The position numbers and the translations under genes were made by a program. A DNA stretch of 64,000 bases from an uncultured delta proteobacterium (GTDB taxonomy: Bacteria; Myxococcota_A; Polyangia; Polyangiales; Polyangiaceae), in NCBI GenBank assembly GCA_963850305.1, contig CAWKKR010000005.1, positions 96,001-160,000 on the forward strand. Direction: 5' to 3'. The notes under the pieces are model-generated. The model had not been told where the DNA came from. It saw only the letters and a list, made by a program, of their open reading frames with translations, and ran no database searches. Numbering within the stretch: position 1 is the stretch's first letter; every line of letters begins with the position of its first letter. Positions 1-9,586 of the stretch are shown here, one piece after another.

Positions 1-534
1 CCGCTCAACCTCCATACAAAAGACCGGGGGGTACGGATCCCACGAGGCCGCGTACGCGGGGCTGCGGAAGGCATCGAGCGTGCTGTGCTTCCAGTCTGGT
101 CCGCCGAGCCGCTTTCTGGATAATGTACTGTCATCACACCGGTTTTCACCCGGTCCGAGCCGCTGTGTCGCGTGCACTGTGGACGCGAAGCCCCCGTCGC
201 TTGGCGTTCGGGCTCTGCGATACGCGAACGAGCCGAGATGCGCCTGAGGGTGCGTCTGGGAACGTTCGGGCGAGATCTCCCTGTCGTCTACCGTGCTTGA
301 GCCGTGTAAACGCCGTGTGAGAGCCGTGCCAAATGCCGGCACGTAACCTCGTCCCGCGATTTCGTGTGCAAGTTGCGAGCGCGGTCCCGGTTGTGGCTCC
401 ATGCCTCGGTCCCTATCTTTCTAAGTTGCGGTTATCACAGTGGGATTTTCTGCCGTTCGGGCTCTGCCACGCCCCGTTGCGCACGAGAGTTCGCGTTTCG
501 TCTGCCCGTAGCTCTGACGTTCCGCCAACCTTAG

Positions 535-1975
535 CACTACTGCCAGGAAGTTTTCCATCGGTCGAGTTTCGTGAGACGGGGCTGTCATGGCCCAAAAAGT
601 CTCGGAAATCGCAGCAGCGGCTCGGCTTGAACAGTTCTTCGGCCGCATCGGCACTCACCTGAAGGACTGGCGGAAGCGAGAGTCGTTCGCGATGTACGCT
701 TTCGGCATCCTTGGAGACGGCGAGCGTAAGAGCGCGGAGCCGATCGCGGCGCGGGCGTGCGCGGACCCGAGCCAGACGAACAACGTGCACAGCAAGCTCT
801 GCTACTTCCTCGGCAAGAGCGAGTGGGACGACCGAGAGGTCCGGCTGGAGGCCGCTCGGTACGCGATCGACACGGTCCAGAAGCGCGAGCCGATCACGAC
901 CTGGATCATTGACGACACGGGCTTTCTCAAGCAGGGAACGCATTCCGTTGGCGTGCAGCGGCAGTACACGGGCTCGGCGGGTAAGATCACGAACTGTCAG
1001 ATCGGGGTGAGCCTCGCGGTGGCCACGAGCACCGAGCAGATCCCCGTCGATTTCGATCTCTACCTTCCGAAGACGTGGGCCGAGGATCCGGCGCTTCGAG
1101 CTGAGGCGAAGATCCCGGACACGGTCACATTCAAGACGAAGATCCAGCTGGCGCTGGAGATGATCGAACGGGCCGCGCTTGCCGAGCTCCCGGGGGAGAT
1201 CATTCTTGCCGACGGAGCGTACGGCGACAGCTCCGATTTCAGGAACACCATCCGCTCGCTGGGATTCGACTTCGGCGTCGGCATCCAGTCGACCGTGCGC
1301 GTGGTGCGGCTCGATCTTCTCGATCGAGCTCGCGGCGACACGACCACCGTCCTCGATCTGGTAACGACGCTCGGTCGGAAGGCCTTCCGAAAGATCACCT
1401 GGCGTCACGGATCGAAGGCGAAACTGAGCTCGCACTTCTGCTTCGTGCGCGTGAAGACCATGCATGACGACGGGCTCACCGTTGCCGATCGAGAGCCGCT
1501 CTGGCTCGTAGCCGAGTGGCTCGACGGTGAGGACAAGCCCACGAAATTTACGCTCACCACGCTGCCGCGGCGCATGAGCCGGAAGCAGATCGTCAGGATT
1601 TTCAAGGAGCGTTGGCGCACCGAGCGCATGTACGAGGACCTCAAGGGCGAGCTCGGACTCGACCACTTCGAAGGTCGATCGTTCCCCGGTTGGCACCATC
1701 ACGTCTCCGTCGTCTTATGTTGCTACGCCTTCGTCGTTGCCGAGCGCGTCAGCGCTTTTCCCCCCTCGGCCGGAAGGCGCCGTCCCGACCGTCAGATCTC
1801 CGTCGCGGCCTGAGCGACACTTCGCCGACTCCTTCATCACCGCCCGCCTCGCCATCGCCCTCTTCCTCACCCGCTGGCTCCCACGCTGCCCCTTCTGCCA
1901 CCGCCCCCATGCCCCATCACGATGCCCGCAGGAGCAATCTACCCGTGCCGCATGACGGAATCTCTGGCAGTAGTG
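535..1975 (+). mobile_element. IS701-family insertion sequence
   Basis: Terminal inverted repeats CACTACTGCCAG (535-546) and CTGGCAGTAGTG (1964-1975); 4-bp direct repeat TTAG at 531-534 and 1976-1979. Confidence 0.92.
587..1813 (+). CDS. IS701-family DDE transposase
   Basis: Motifs IIDDTGFLKQGTHSVGVQRQYTGSAGKITNCQ, LADGAYG, RWRTERMYEDLKGELGLDHFEGRSFPGWHHH. Confidence 0.95.
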   Translation: MAQKVSEIAAAARLEQFFGRIGTHLKDWRKRESFAMYAFGILGDGERKSAEPIAARACADPSQTNNVHSKLCYFLGKSEWDDREVRLEAARYAIDTVQKREPITTWIIDDTGFLKQGTHSVGVQRQYTGSAGKITNCQIGVSLAVATSTEQIPVDFDLYLPKTWAEDPALRAEAKIPDTVTFKTKIQLALEMIERAALAELPGEIILADGAYGDSSDFRNTIRSLGFDFGVGIQSTVRVVRLDLLDRARGDTTTVLDLVTTLGRKAFRKITWRHGSKAKLSSHFCFVRVKTMHDDGLTVADREPLWLVAEWLDGEDKPTKFTLTTLPRRMSRKQIVRIFKERWRTERMYEDLKGELGLDHFEGRSFPGWHHHVSVVLCCYAFVVAERVSAFPPSAGRRRPDRQISVAA

Positions 1976-2132
1976 TTAGCGGGATAAGGTTAGAGCGTGT
2001 CAGATAGGCGGGGTGCGGGGCGACGCCTACGTTCCGAGAGGGGGACATTACTGGACACGCCGTGGTGGCGAAGCAGCATTTCGCGTGAGAATCCCGGACG
2101 TTTGATCGAACTACCGAGGACGCGCCGCTGGC

Positions 2133-2804
2133 GTGCGTAGTCGATCGCGTCGCGCTAGCGTGGACCGCATGCGGGAAAAGGCGAAGCTAGATGGCGGCAC
2201 CAAAACCCGGCTCTCGTCGCGCGAGGAGCTGGAGAGGTTGTTCGAACGGCACTTCGGGCAGGCATGGGACGCATCTACGAGGGAGCAGGTTCTTTCCGCC
2301 GTCCGCATACGCAAGGACGGCTTCCTCGTGCTCCGTGAAATCGAACGCGTCGTTGCCGGCGCCACGGCACTCATGCGCATGTTGGACGGCGTGCCTCCCC
2401 CCGGCAAGGAGCCGCGGTCGGTTTTCGGCGGCGATCGAAAGCGCAGCCAGGGCTTCCTGATGGTGTGGGCGTTTGAGGAAGGCCTCGTGCCGTTCGCGTC
2501 CGACCCTGTCTCAGTCTCACCCCGGATGCTCGCCGTCGTTAGCATGCTCATGGGGTACGAGCCTGACTCCCTCAAGGAAGGCGTTTTTCAGAGAGCCGAG
2601 GAGCGCATGGAGAAGACTCGCCAACGATACCGGCGGGGGCGCGCTCCGACGACTCCGGAAACCAAGCAACTCGTTGCTCAGGCTGATGCGTTGCGTGCCC
2701 TCGAAGGGCCAGCGCGCCAAGCGCTCGACACCCTCATGCAGATGTTCGGGGGGACGATTCACCAGAGCGAAAGTGTCCCTGTAGGGACAGTTTCTCAGAG
2801 CTGA
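2133..2804 (+). CDS. hypothetical protein (island cargo)
   Basis: 223-aa ORF with plausible composition upstream of xis/int; start uncertain; no recognised motif. Confidence 0.5.
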   Translation: MRSRSRRASVDRMREKAKLDGGTKTRLSSREELERLFERHFGQAWDASTREQVLSAVRIRKDGFLVLREIERVVAGATALMRMLDGVPPPGKEPRSVFGGDRKRSQGFLMVWAFEEGLVPFASDPVSVSPRMLAVVSMLMGYEPDSLKEGVFQRAEERMEKTRQRYRRGRAPTTPETKQLVAQADALRALEGPARQALDTLMQMFGGTIHQSESVPVGTVSQS

Positions 2805-2850
2805 ACCGTCATCTTTCGCGCTACGCCGAGCATGGCGAGAATGCTCGTCG

Positions 2851-3573
2851 ATGGCGCACGACGAGCAGAAACGGGACGGGACGCAGTTCGCGTTCATCCG
2901 CGCGACCGATATCCCGCGCGAGGACGTGGATGAGGGCTGGCGAGACCGGATGGCGCGTCGAGTCGCCACCCCCGCGCCCTCGCAATCGTCGTCATCGACA
3001 AGCTCACCGAGTTCAAGCTGCTCGGGCGGCAGCGACGGCCCGAGGAGCGATGGCGAGTCGACACAACCCGGGTCCGCAAGGGGTCAACTCGTCGTTGCCG
3101 TCGTGGACGGCATCCGGACGGAGTTCGTTCTCGGCGCGCGCCGCGTACTGACGTCGCGAGAAGCTGCTGCCTACTGTGGCTTCGAGACCACCGGCGCGAT
3201 CCGCAAGGCGAAATCGGAGGGACGTCTCGTTCCCGTCGGGCGCCGCGGAGGGACGGGAACGTGGATGTTTGCGATCGAAGAGCTCGATCGCTTTCTGCGC
3301 GGGGATCCGCCTGGTACGGTCACCTTGGATCGTCCGCGTTTGCCCCTCATCACAGGAGCAAATCATGGACAAGGTGAAGTGGAAGAATCGTTGGAACAGC
3401 CTGGTCGCCCCGACGGGGCGCCGCGGCATCTGGAAAGAAAGGAAGGAGGTCATCTAGTGCGAGCCCGAGCAGTCGATCCAGCACGGGGCGCACGAAAGAG
3501 ATCCGAAAGGTGCTGCCGCTCGCGGACGAAGCGACGGCGTACCAGTGGCTGGAGGAGCAGCGAGCACTCCTGA
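2851..3573 (+). CDS. helix-turn-helix excisionase-like DNA-binding protein (3' end uncertain)
   Basis: VLTSREAAAYCGFETTGAIRKAKSEGRL...WMFAIEELDRFL resembles an HTH_17/Xis domain; lies directly upstream of and overlaps the integrase. Confidence 0.65.
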   Translation: MAHDEQKRDGTQFAFIRATDIPREDVDEGWRDRMARRVATPAPSQSSSSTSSPSSSCSGGSDGPRSDGESTQPGSARGQLVVAVVDGIRTEFVLGARRVLTSREAAAYCGFETTGAIRKAKSEGRLVPVGRRGGTGTWMFAIEELDRFLRGDPPGTVTLDRPRLPLITGANHGQGEVEESLEQPGRPDGAPRHLERKEGGHLVRARAVDPARGARKRSERCCRSRTKRRRTSGWRSSEHS

Positions 3574-4680
3574 AGTCTGGCCAAGTGGCGGCCCCGCCAC
3601 TGCAGGCTGCACTTCGGAGAATTCGCAGCCTTGCTGATGGAGCGGAAGCTCGCCGCGGGAATCGATCCGCGGCAAGCAGGGGAGAAATCGCTGGAAGTCC
3701 ACCCTCGTGCACCTCGTCGACGGAATCCGTGATTCCGACGGCAAGGTGGCGGTGCATGGCTTCGGCGAGATCTACCTCGACCGGATCCGCGTCGGGCACA
3801 TCGAGCAGTGGAAGGCGGACGTCGGCAAGCTCATCCAGAAGCAGGCCGTTTCGCTCCGACGACCACGAACTCGTGGCTCGCGCATCTTGCGCACCATCAT
3901 GAGGGCGGCGAAGCGGGAGTTCGAGCTTCCGCGGCTCGTCACCGAGGGCGTCACCGACTTCGATTTGTCGACGCACGTCGTCTACACAGAGGAGTCACCG
4001 AACGCGCTCGCGCCCGAGCAGGTACCGGAGTTTCTGAATCGCATGCGGGAGATGTTCCCCCAGCACTTCGCGATGGTGTTTCTCGGTTTCGCCACCGGGT
4101 TACGTCCGTCGTCGCTTCGCCCTCTGCGGCGCAGCGGCCCCTCGGCAGACGTGCAATGGGACGAAGGACCGGATCCTCGTCCGACGCTCGCAAACGGGCC
4201 CGAACGAGGTGAAGGAGACCACCAAGCAGAAGGTCCGGTATCGGATCGAGGTGCCGCCGAGGTGATGAAGGTGCTCCGGTGGCACGTCCAGACGCAGCTC
4301 GACACGCCGGAGCAGCAGGAGTCAGAACTCCTGTTTCCGTCCGTGAAGGGCAGCTTCCGGGCGGTGACGTCGCTCTGCAAGCCGTTCGCGGCGGTCGCGA
4401 AGGACATCAAGTTGCCCTTCCCGTTTTCGCCGCGGGGGATGAGGAGGACGTTCAACGACCTGGCGCGTGCTTCGAACGTCGAGGCCATCGTGACGCGCTC
4501 GATCAGCGGGCACTTAACCGAAGAAATGCAGAACCACTACAGCACGGTCCGGGGACCCGAGCAGCGCGACGGGATCGCGCGCGTGGTGGACCTCATGACC
4601 GCCCCGTCAGAAGGCGCCGAGTGGTACTCAAAGTGGTACTCAAGGCGATTTGGCACCCCGAAAGTGGTACTCAAGAGCGC
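3365..4680 (+). pseudogene. tyrosine recombinase/integrase with multiple frameshifts
   Basis: ATG at 3365 (MDKVKWKNRW) then several frame changes up to ~3710; catalytic motifs TGLRPSSL, RGMRRTF, SISGH and HY; abuts the tRNA-Val 3' end. Confidence 0.8.
4620..4674 (+). repeat. three copies of AGTGGTACTCAA (putative integrase arm-type sites)
   Basis: Exact copies at 4620-4631, 4632-4643 and 4663-4674, between the integrase and the tRNA. Confidence 0.7.
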
Positions 4681-4708
4681 CCGACGATTCACTAACTGGC
4701 AGGATTTC

Positions 4709-4783
4709 TGGTGGGCGCAGCAGGGATCGAACCTGCGACTTCGACCGTGTGAAGGTCGCACTCTACCGCTGAGTTATGCGCCC
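4709..4783 (-). tRNA. tRNA-Val(CAC)
   Basis: Reverse complement GGGCGCATAACTCAGCGGTAGAGTGCGACCTTCACACGGTCGAAGTCGCAGGTTCGATCCCTGCTGCGCCCACCA folds as a cloverleaf with anticodon CAC and encoded CCA. Confidence 0.96.
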
Positions 4784-4879
4784 GGATGCGGACGCCGGGC
4801 GGAAGCCCGGCTGAGGAAACGCTTTTTAGCCCGTGGTTCTGGGTTCCGCAATCGCGGACGTCTGATATATGTCGCCGCG

Positions 4880-5560
4880 TTGGAAACGGACATTCGCGCT
4901 CGTCGCCGGGACCGCTGGATGGGGCTTCTCATCGTCGGGACGGCATTCGTCGCGGCACTGTCGGTCTCGTGGTGGGCGCGCGGCAAGGCAGCGCCGGAGG
5001 AGGAAGGGCCGCCCGCGCCGCCGACGACCGAGGGCGTCGTTGGGTACCCGCACGCAGTGGACGCGATCGCGACGCTCGAGACGGCACGGGGGATGACCAA
5101 GCGCGCGGACCTCCGCGGCATCGCACTTTACGGCGTGGCGAGCAACGGGATGGTGGACGTGTCCGTGCCCGGGCACCGCATCCGGTTTGCGTTCTCGAGC
5201 GCTCGCGGGGAAGGGCCGCAGCCTCCGCACCCGCCCGGGACGCTCGCGCGACATGCGTTTTGCGGGCGGCAGAATATCCACGTTCGTCCGGACGGCATCG
5301 TCGCGGATCCGGATCAGGCGACGGCACCGTGTTCGCCCCTGGGCGAGCCGCTTCCGGAGCCCCGTTGCGGTCCCAAAGAAGTCTGGCAAGTGGCCGTGCG
5401 TCACGGTGTTCCCACCAATCGCCCCGCGAACATCGATTACTTCCGGTCGGTGGCGGGTCCCGCGTGGCGGTTCAATCAAATCGGATCCGCGCCGTTCGTG
5501 CTCTACGGGGATTGCGTGCGTGAGCTCACGGGCAGGGACGTGTTCGGGTCGGTCCCCTGA
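4880..5560 (+). CDS. hypothetical membrane-anchored protein
   Basis: C-terminal part of ORF 3707..5560; N-terminal TM segment WMGLLIVGTAFVAALSVSWW; start (TTG 4880) uncertain. Confidence 0.65.
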   Translation: METDIRARRRDRWMGLLIVGTAFVAALSVSWWARGKAAPEEEGPPAPPTTEGVVGYPHAVDAIATLETARGMTKRADLRGIALYGVASNGMVDVSVPGHRIRFAFSSARGEGPQPPHPPGTLARHAFCGRQNIHVRPDGIVADPDQATAPCSPLGEPLPEPRCGPKEVWQVAVRHGVPTNRPANIDYFRSVAGPAWRFNQIGSAPFVLYGDCVRELTGRDVFGSVP

Positions 5561-6186
5561 TCCGCTCCGACGCCGGCGGTGCGACGGATCTCGCGAAAGA
5601 GGTCCGCATGAGTTTGTCGGTCCGACTCCGAAAAGCCGATGACTCGCTTGCCGGCAGAGGCGACGAGCCTGGCGAGCGCAGGCTTTCGCGCGGACGCCGC
5701 GAGCTTGTCGAGCTTCGTCGCGACGACGATCGCGTTCACCGTCGGTCGCGAGACGCTTGCAGGGGAAGCAATCAGATCGAGCAGTCCCTGGTCGTCCTCC
5801 TCGATCCCTCGGCGAACATCGACGAGCAACACGACCGCGCGCAGGGTGGCTCGTCCGAGCAGGTAGTCTTCGATGAACCCGGCCCACGCGGCGCGCTCGG
5901 TCTTCGATCGCTTGGCGTACCCGTAGCCCGGCAAATCGACGAACGTCATGAGCGCGGCGTCGCTGGTCCTCGCCTCGAAGATCACGAGCTCGCGCGTGCA
6001 CCCGGGCGTCGAGCTCGTGCGCGCGAGCCCCTTGCGTTCGAGGAGCGCGTTCAGGAGCGTGCTCTTTCCGACGTTCGAGCGCCCGGCGAAGGCGATCTCG
6101 ACGCCGGTGGGCGGCGGTAAGAGCCGCGCTTCGGGCGCGCTCGCGACGAAACGGGCAGACGCGATGCGCTGAGCCGGCAGGGTCAT
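5503..6186 (-). CDS. engB: ribosome biogenesis GTP-binding protein YihA/YsxC
   Basis: EIAFAGRSNVGKSTLLN, ARTSSTPGCT, FVDLPGYGYA, TKLDKL. Confidence 0.93.
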   Translation of the reverse strand: MTLPAQRIASARFVASAPEARLLPPPTGVEIAFAGRSNVGKSTLLNALLERKGLARTSSTPGCTRELVIFEARTSDAALMTFVDLPGYGYAKRSKTERAAWAGFIEDYLLGRATLRAVVLLVDVRRGIEEDDQGLLDLIASPASVSRPTVNAIVVATKLDKLAASARKPALARLVASAGKRVIGFSESDRQTHADLFREIRRTAGVGADQGTDPNTSLPVSSRTQSP

Positions 6187-6203
6187 CGCGCGACTCTAGC
6201 GCG

Positions 6204-6827
6204 TCAGCCGGACTTCCGCTCGCCGGCGTCCCTCGGGGCCTCCGCCTTCGCGAGCGGCGCGGCTCGAACAAGGTCTCCGACCTTCGCGAGCGTGCCCGCG
6301 TCGAGCTCCGGGGCGAGCTTCGCGAGGCGGTCGATGAGGTCACGCGTGCCGAAGTACGCCCCGGCGCACGTCAGATGAATCGTCCCGATCGGGTTGACCC
6401 GGCCTTCTTCGAACATCTGGAGACGCAGGCGATAGGAGTCCTTCGCGATGGGCTCCCGGCACGAGCGGCACGTCGCGCGACCCGAGCTCGCCCGCTCGAT
6501 GCCCGCGAGCCGCGGCAACCTGTGGTGAGCGACGCCGAACTCCGCGGTCGTTCTGAGCCACTCGCGGTCATCGATCTGCCCTGCGGCGTCGAGGACCGGC
6601 AAGAGCCTCTCGGGGCGCATCAAGGCCGCGCAGGGTACGTGAAACCAGCTCTGCGCTTCGCCCTCGGCGTACGGGTTCGCGAAGCTCTCGCCGAAGCGGA
6701 GCTCGCCCTTGGCGATGGGTCGTCCGCAGCCGCGACATTTGGCGCGGCCGCTCGGTGCTGGAGCGAGGACGTCGGGCACGTCGAAATTGAAGCGCGTACC
6801 GTCATTGCGGTCAACTTCGGCGAGCAT
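6204..6827 (-). CDS. protein with two PARP-type zinc fingers
   Basis: APSGRAKCRGC...IAKGELRFG...WFHVPC and ASSGRATCRSC...IAKDSYRL...IHLTC (CxxC...HxxC). Confidence 0.8.
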   Translation of the reverse strand: MLAEVDRNDGTRFNFDVPDVLAPAPSGRAKCRGCGRPIAKGELRFGESFANPYAEGEAQSWFHVPCAALMRPERLLPVLDAAGQIDDREWLRTTAEFGVAHHRLPRLAGIERASSGRATCRSCREPIAKDSYRLRLQMFEEGRVNPIGTIHLTCAGAYFGTRDLIDRLAKLAPELDAGTLAKVGDLVRAAPLAKAEAPRDAGERKSG

Positions 6828-6839
6828 CGGGGTCGGGTG

Positions 6840-8447
6840 TCACCCATGGGCACGACGTCGCGACGCGGTTGCGAGGATTGCTCGCAGTTCCTCGCTGCCG
6901 AGGGCGCGTGCGGCCAGCAGGAACACGACGACGAAGACGATGGCGCTTGCGGCGCCCGGGAGCGCCGATGAAAAGGGGAACATCGCCGTGGCGATCCTGA
7001 CGGTGTGCGCCGTCGCGATGCCGGCCAGCGCGCCGGTGATGCCGGCACCGAGCGTGCGCGCCGCGGAAGTACCAATCTCGCGGAAGCGAAGGCTGGGGAC
7101 GTGCTTGCCGAGGCGCCACCAGAGGAGCGCCATCTGCACCGCGCTCGATCCGGTCACCGCGAGGCTGATCCCGACGTGTCCGAGTCTGCCCCGCAGGCCG
7201 ATCGCGAGCGCGATGAACGCGGCGAGATCGATGAGCGAGACGATGACGGGCGTCCGCGTGTCGCCGACCGCGAAGTACACGGCGACGAGCTGACGCACCA
7301 TGGCGACCATCCAGATGCCGAGCCCCTGGGCAACGAGTGCGCGCGCGGTTTCGTGGACCGCGTGCGCGCCGAACTCGCCCCGCTGGAACAGTAGCGCGAC
7401 GACGGGCTCCGAGAGACCGACCATGAGCGTGGTCGCGGCGATGGCGACGAACAGCGTGAGTCGCACCCCGAAGGCATACGTCGCCTCGAGTTCCGCGCGG
7501 TCCCCGCGAGCCGCGAGGGCCGCGAGACTCGGCAATGCCGCGGTCTGGATGGCCATGACGAAGATCCCCTGCGGGAAGTCGCATAGCCGGAGCGCGAAGC
7601 CGAAGTAGGTCTGGGCGCCGACGCCGAGCTCGGAGAGAAAGCGCCGGGCGATGACAACGTCGACCAGGTAGATGCCGAGTCCGAATACCGTCGGCCCCAT
7701 GCGGCGAAGCGCGTCGCGGACGCCCGGATGACGGAAGTCGAGCCGCGGTCGTTCGAAGAATCCGGTGCGGCGCAGGCTCGGCCATTGCGCGACTACCTGG
7801 AGCGCGCCGCCGACGAGCGCTCCCGCGGCCATCGATAGAATCGGGTCCCGGCCGTGAGCGAGGAGCCACGAGGGGAGGGCGATCGCGAACACGATGCACG
7901 ACACGTTGAGGAGCGCCGGCGCGAACGCCGTGACGGCGAACTCCTTCGCTGAATTGAGCGCCGCGGCGCCGAGGGCGGCGGTGCCCATGAAGAAAATGTA
8001 CGGAAAGAGCCAGCGCGTGAGCGTGACGGTGCGCTCGAGCTGGCCGGGCACGGCGCGGAATCCGCCCGCGAAGAGGTCGACGAGCGGCCCCGCAAAGACG
8101 ACGCCGGCGACGCTGACGACCGCGAGCGTCAGGAGCGACACGCCCCGCGCCGCGGCGAAGAAACGCCGGGCTTCCGCGGCGCCCTGCTGCTCGCGCGTCT
8201 TCGTGAGGACGGGGAGCACGGCGGTCTGGACGGCGCCCTCGGCGAGCAACTGTCGCAGCGTGTTCGGGATCGTGAACGCGACCATGAACGCGTCGGTGGC
8301 GCCGCGAGTGAAGAGCGCCGCGAGCGCGAGATCGCGGCCGAGTCCGAGCACGCGGCTCGTCAGGGTGCCGAGCGCGACGATGCCCGCTCGGCCCGTGAGC
8401 GCGTGACGTTCTTTCTCGGCGTCGTTCGTCGCGGGGAGGTCGGTCAC
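6840..8447 (-). CDS. murJ: lipid II flippase MurJ (MviN)
   Basis: TLTSRVLGLGRD, DAFMVAFTIPNTLRQLLAEGA, many TM helices; GTG start at 8447 overlaps the recO stop. Confidence 0.93.
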   Translation of the reverse strand: MTDLPATNDAEKERHALTGRAGIVALGTLTSRVLGLGRDLALAALFTRGATDAFMVAFTIPNTLRQLLAEGAVQTAVLPVLTKTREQQGAAEARRFFAAARGVSLLTLAVVSVAGVVFAGPLVDLFAGGFRAVPGQLERTVTLTRWLFPYIFFMGTAALGAAALNSAKEFAVTAFAPALLNVSCIVFAIALPSWLLAHGRDPILSMAAGALVGGALQVVAQWPSLRRTGFFERPRLDFRHPGVRDALRRMGPTVFGLGIYLVDVVIARRFLSELGVGAQTYFGFALRLCDFPQGIFVMAIQTAALPSLAALAARGDRAELEATYAFGVRLTLFVAIAATTLMVGLSEPVVALLFQRGEFGAHAVHETARALVAQGLGIWMVAMVRQLVAVYFAVGDTRTPVIVSLIDLAAFIALAIGLRGRLGHVGISLAVTGSSAVQMALLWWRLGKHVPSLRFREIGTSAARTLGAGITGALAGIATAHTVRIATAMFPFSSALPGAASAIVFVVVFLLAARALGSEELRAILATASRRRAHG

Positions 8448-9149
8448 GGGGTACCTGCGTGCGACCGGAGCGCCTGCTCGACGAGCCCGAGCGCCGCGTC
8501 CACGTCTTCGGGCAAGAGTGCTCCCCGCGCGACGCGCGCGCGCGTCGCGCCGCTCATTCGCAGACGTGCGCCGCCGCAAGCGCGGCACACGAGACCGCCG
8601 CGATCCGCGTCGATCATCGCCGCGCGGCCTGGAGCGCACTGCTTGCCGCAGCGCACGCAGCGCTCGAGTTCGAGGGCCCACCCGAACGCGGCGAGGAGCA
8701 AGAGCCCCTGTTCCGCGAGCACCTGGCGCTGATCGACGGCGACGGCGTCGTTCAGGCGGTCGAGCAACTCGACGAGGGTTCGCCACACGGCGGGCTCCGC
8801 CGTTCGCGCGGGCGTCGCAACGCGGATCCAGCCGAGCGCGCGGCCCGCGGCGTCCATGCGCGCGAGGTTCGACGTGAGCGTGAGCCGTGTCGTCTCCAGC
8901 GCCGCGTCGCGCAGCGGGAACAACTCGCCGGACGCGGGCTCGTCGAACTCGACGCGGACCGTGTGGAAGGGCTCGAGCGCGCCGCCGAAACGCTTCTTGC
9001 TCTTGCGCGCGCCGCGGGCGAGCGCCGACACGCGGCCGAGGGACTCCGTGAACAGCGAGAGGATCGAGATCCGCTTCCCCGTGCTCGATGCGACGGAGCA
9101 GGAACGCACGCGTGCGGTGCGTCTGGCGCGCCGCGCGGCTGCCCCTCAC
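8444..9149 (-). CDS. recO: DNA repair protein RecO (apparent 1-bp frameshift near 9066)
   Basis: N-terminal AFLLRRIEHGEADL in one frame, then ILSLFTESLGRVSALARGARKSKKRFGGALEPF and CVRC...CRAC in another. Confidence 0.88.
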
Positions 9150-9574
9150 GCGACGAAGATCGTCGGATCGCCGGGGAGCGACGAGAGCTCTTGCGGCATG
9201 TCGTGGCCGCGCGGCTTCAGCACGATGCTGAGCGCGAGCGTGAACAGGATGAGCAGAAGGACGAACGCAATCGCGACGCCGAACCGACGGCTCCGAGCCG
9301 GCTTGGACGGGCTCGAAATCGGCAACGGCGTGACCCACGCGACGCGCCGGCTCGCGGTATAGCGGGCGAGCACTTCTTCCGTCGAGACGCCGACTGCCCG
9401 CGCGTACGACTTCAGGAAGCCGCGCACGAAGACCTCGCCGGGGAGTTCGTCGAACTGGTTTGCTTCGATCCGCGTCACGCTGTCCATCGGCACGCGCGTC
9501 GAGCGCGCGATCTCTTCCACGCTCATCTGGCGCTCCTCGCGACAGCGACGAAGAAATTGTCCGACGGGTTCCAT
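9146..9574 (-). CDS. RodZ-like HTH_25 membrane protein
   Basis: VGQFLRRCREERQMSVEEIA...LPGEVFVRGFLKSYARAVG plus a TM helix. Confidence 0.85.
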   Translation of the reverse strand: MEPVGQFLRRCREERQMSVEEIARSTRVPMDSVTRIEANQFDELPGEVFVRGFLKSYARAVGVSTEEVLARYTASRRVAWVTPLPISSPSKPARSRRFGVAIAFVLLLILFTLALSIVLKPRGHDMPQELSSLPGDPTIFVA

Positions 9575-9586
9575 GTAGCGACGGGT

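Noticed and set aside
1..70. GACCGGGGGGTAC and CCGCGTACGCGG palindrome as a phage cos/packaging site
   Set aside because: No terminase or other phage gene in view; too little context
413..1702. 429-aa minus-strand ORF and similar long antisense ORFs (30542, 39741, 53265, 60352)
   Set aside because: Shadow ORFs opposite well-supported genes, expected at high GC
3707..5560. 617-aa integrase-membrane protein fusion
   Set aside because: The frame runs through an antisense tRNA and joins two unrelated genes; treated as chance read-through or an indel
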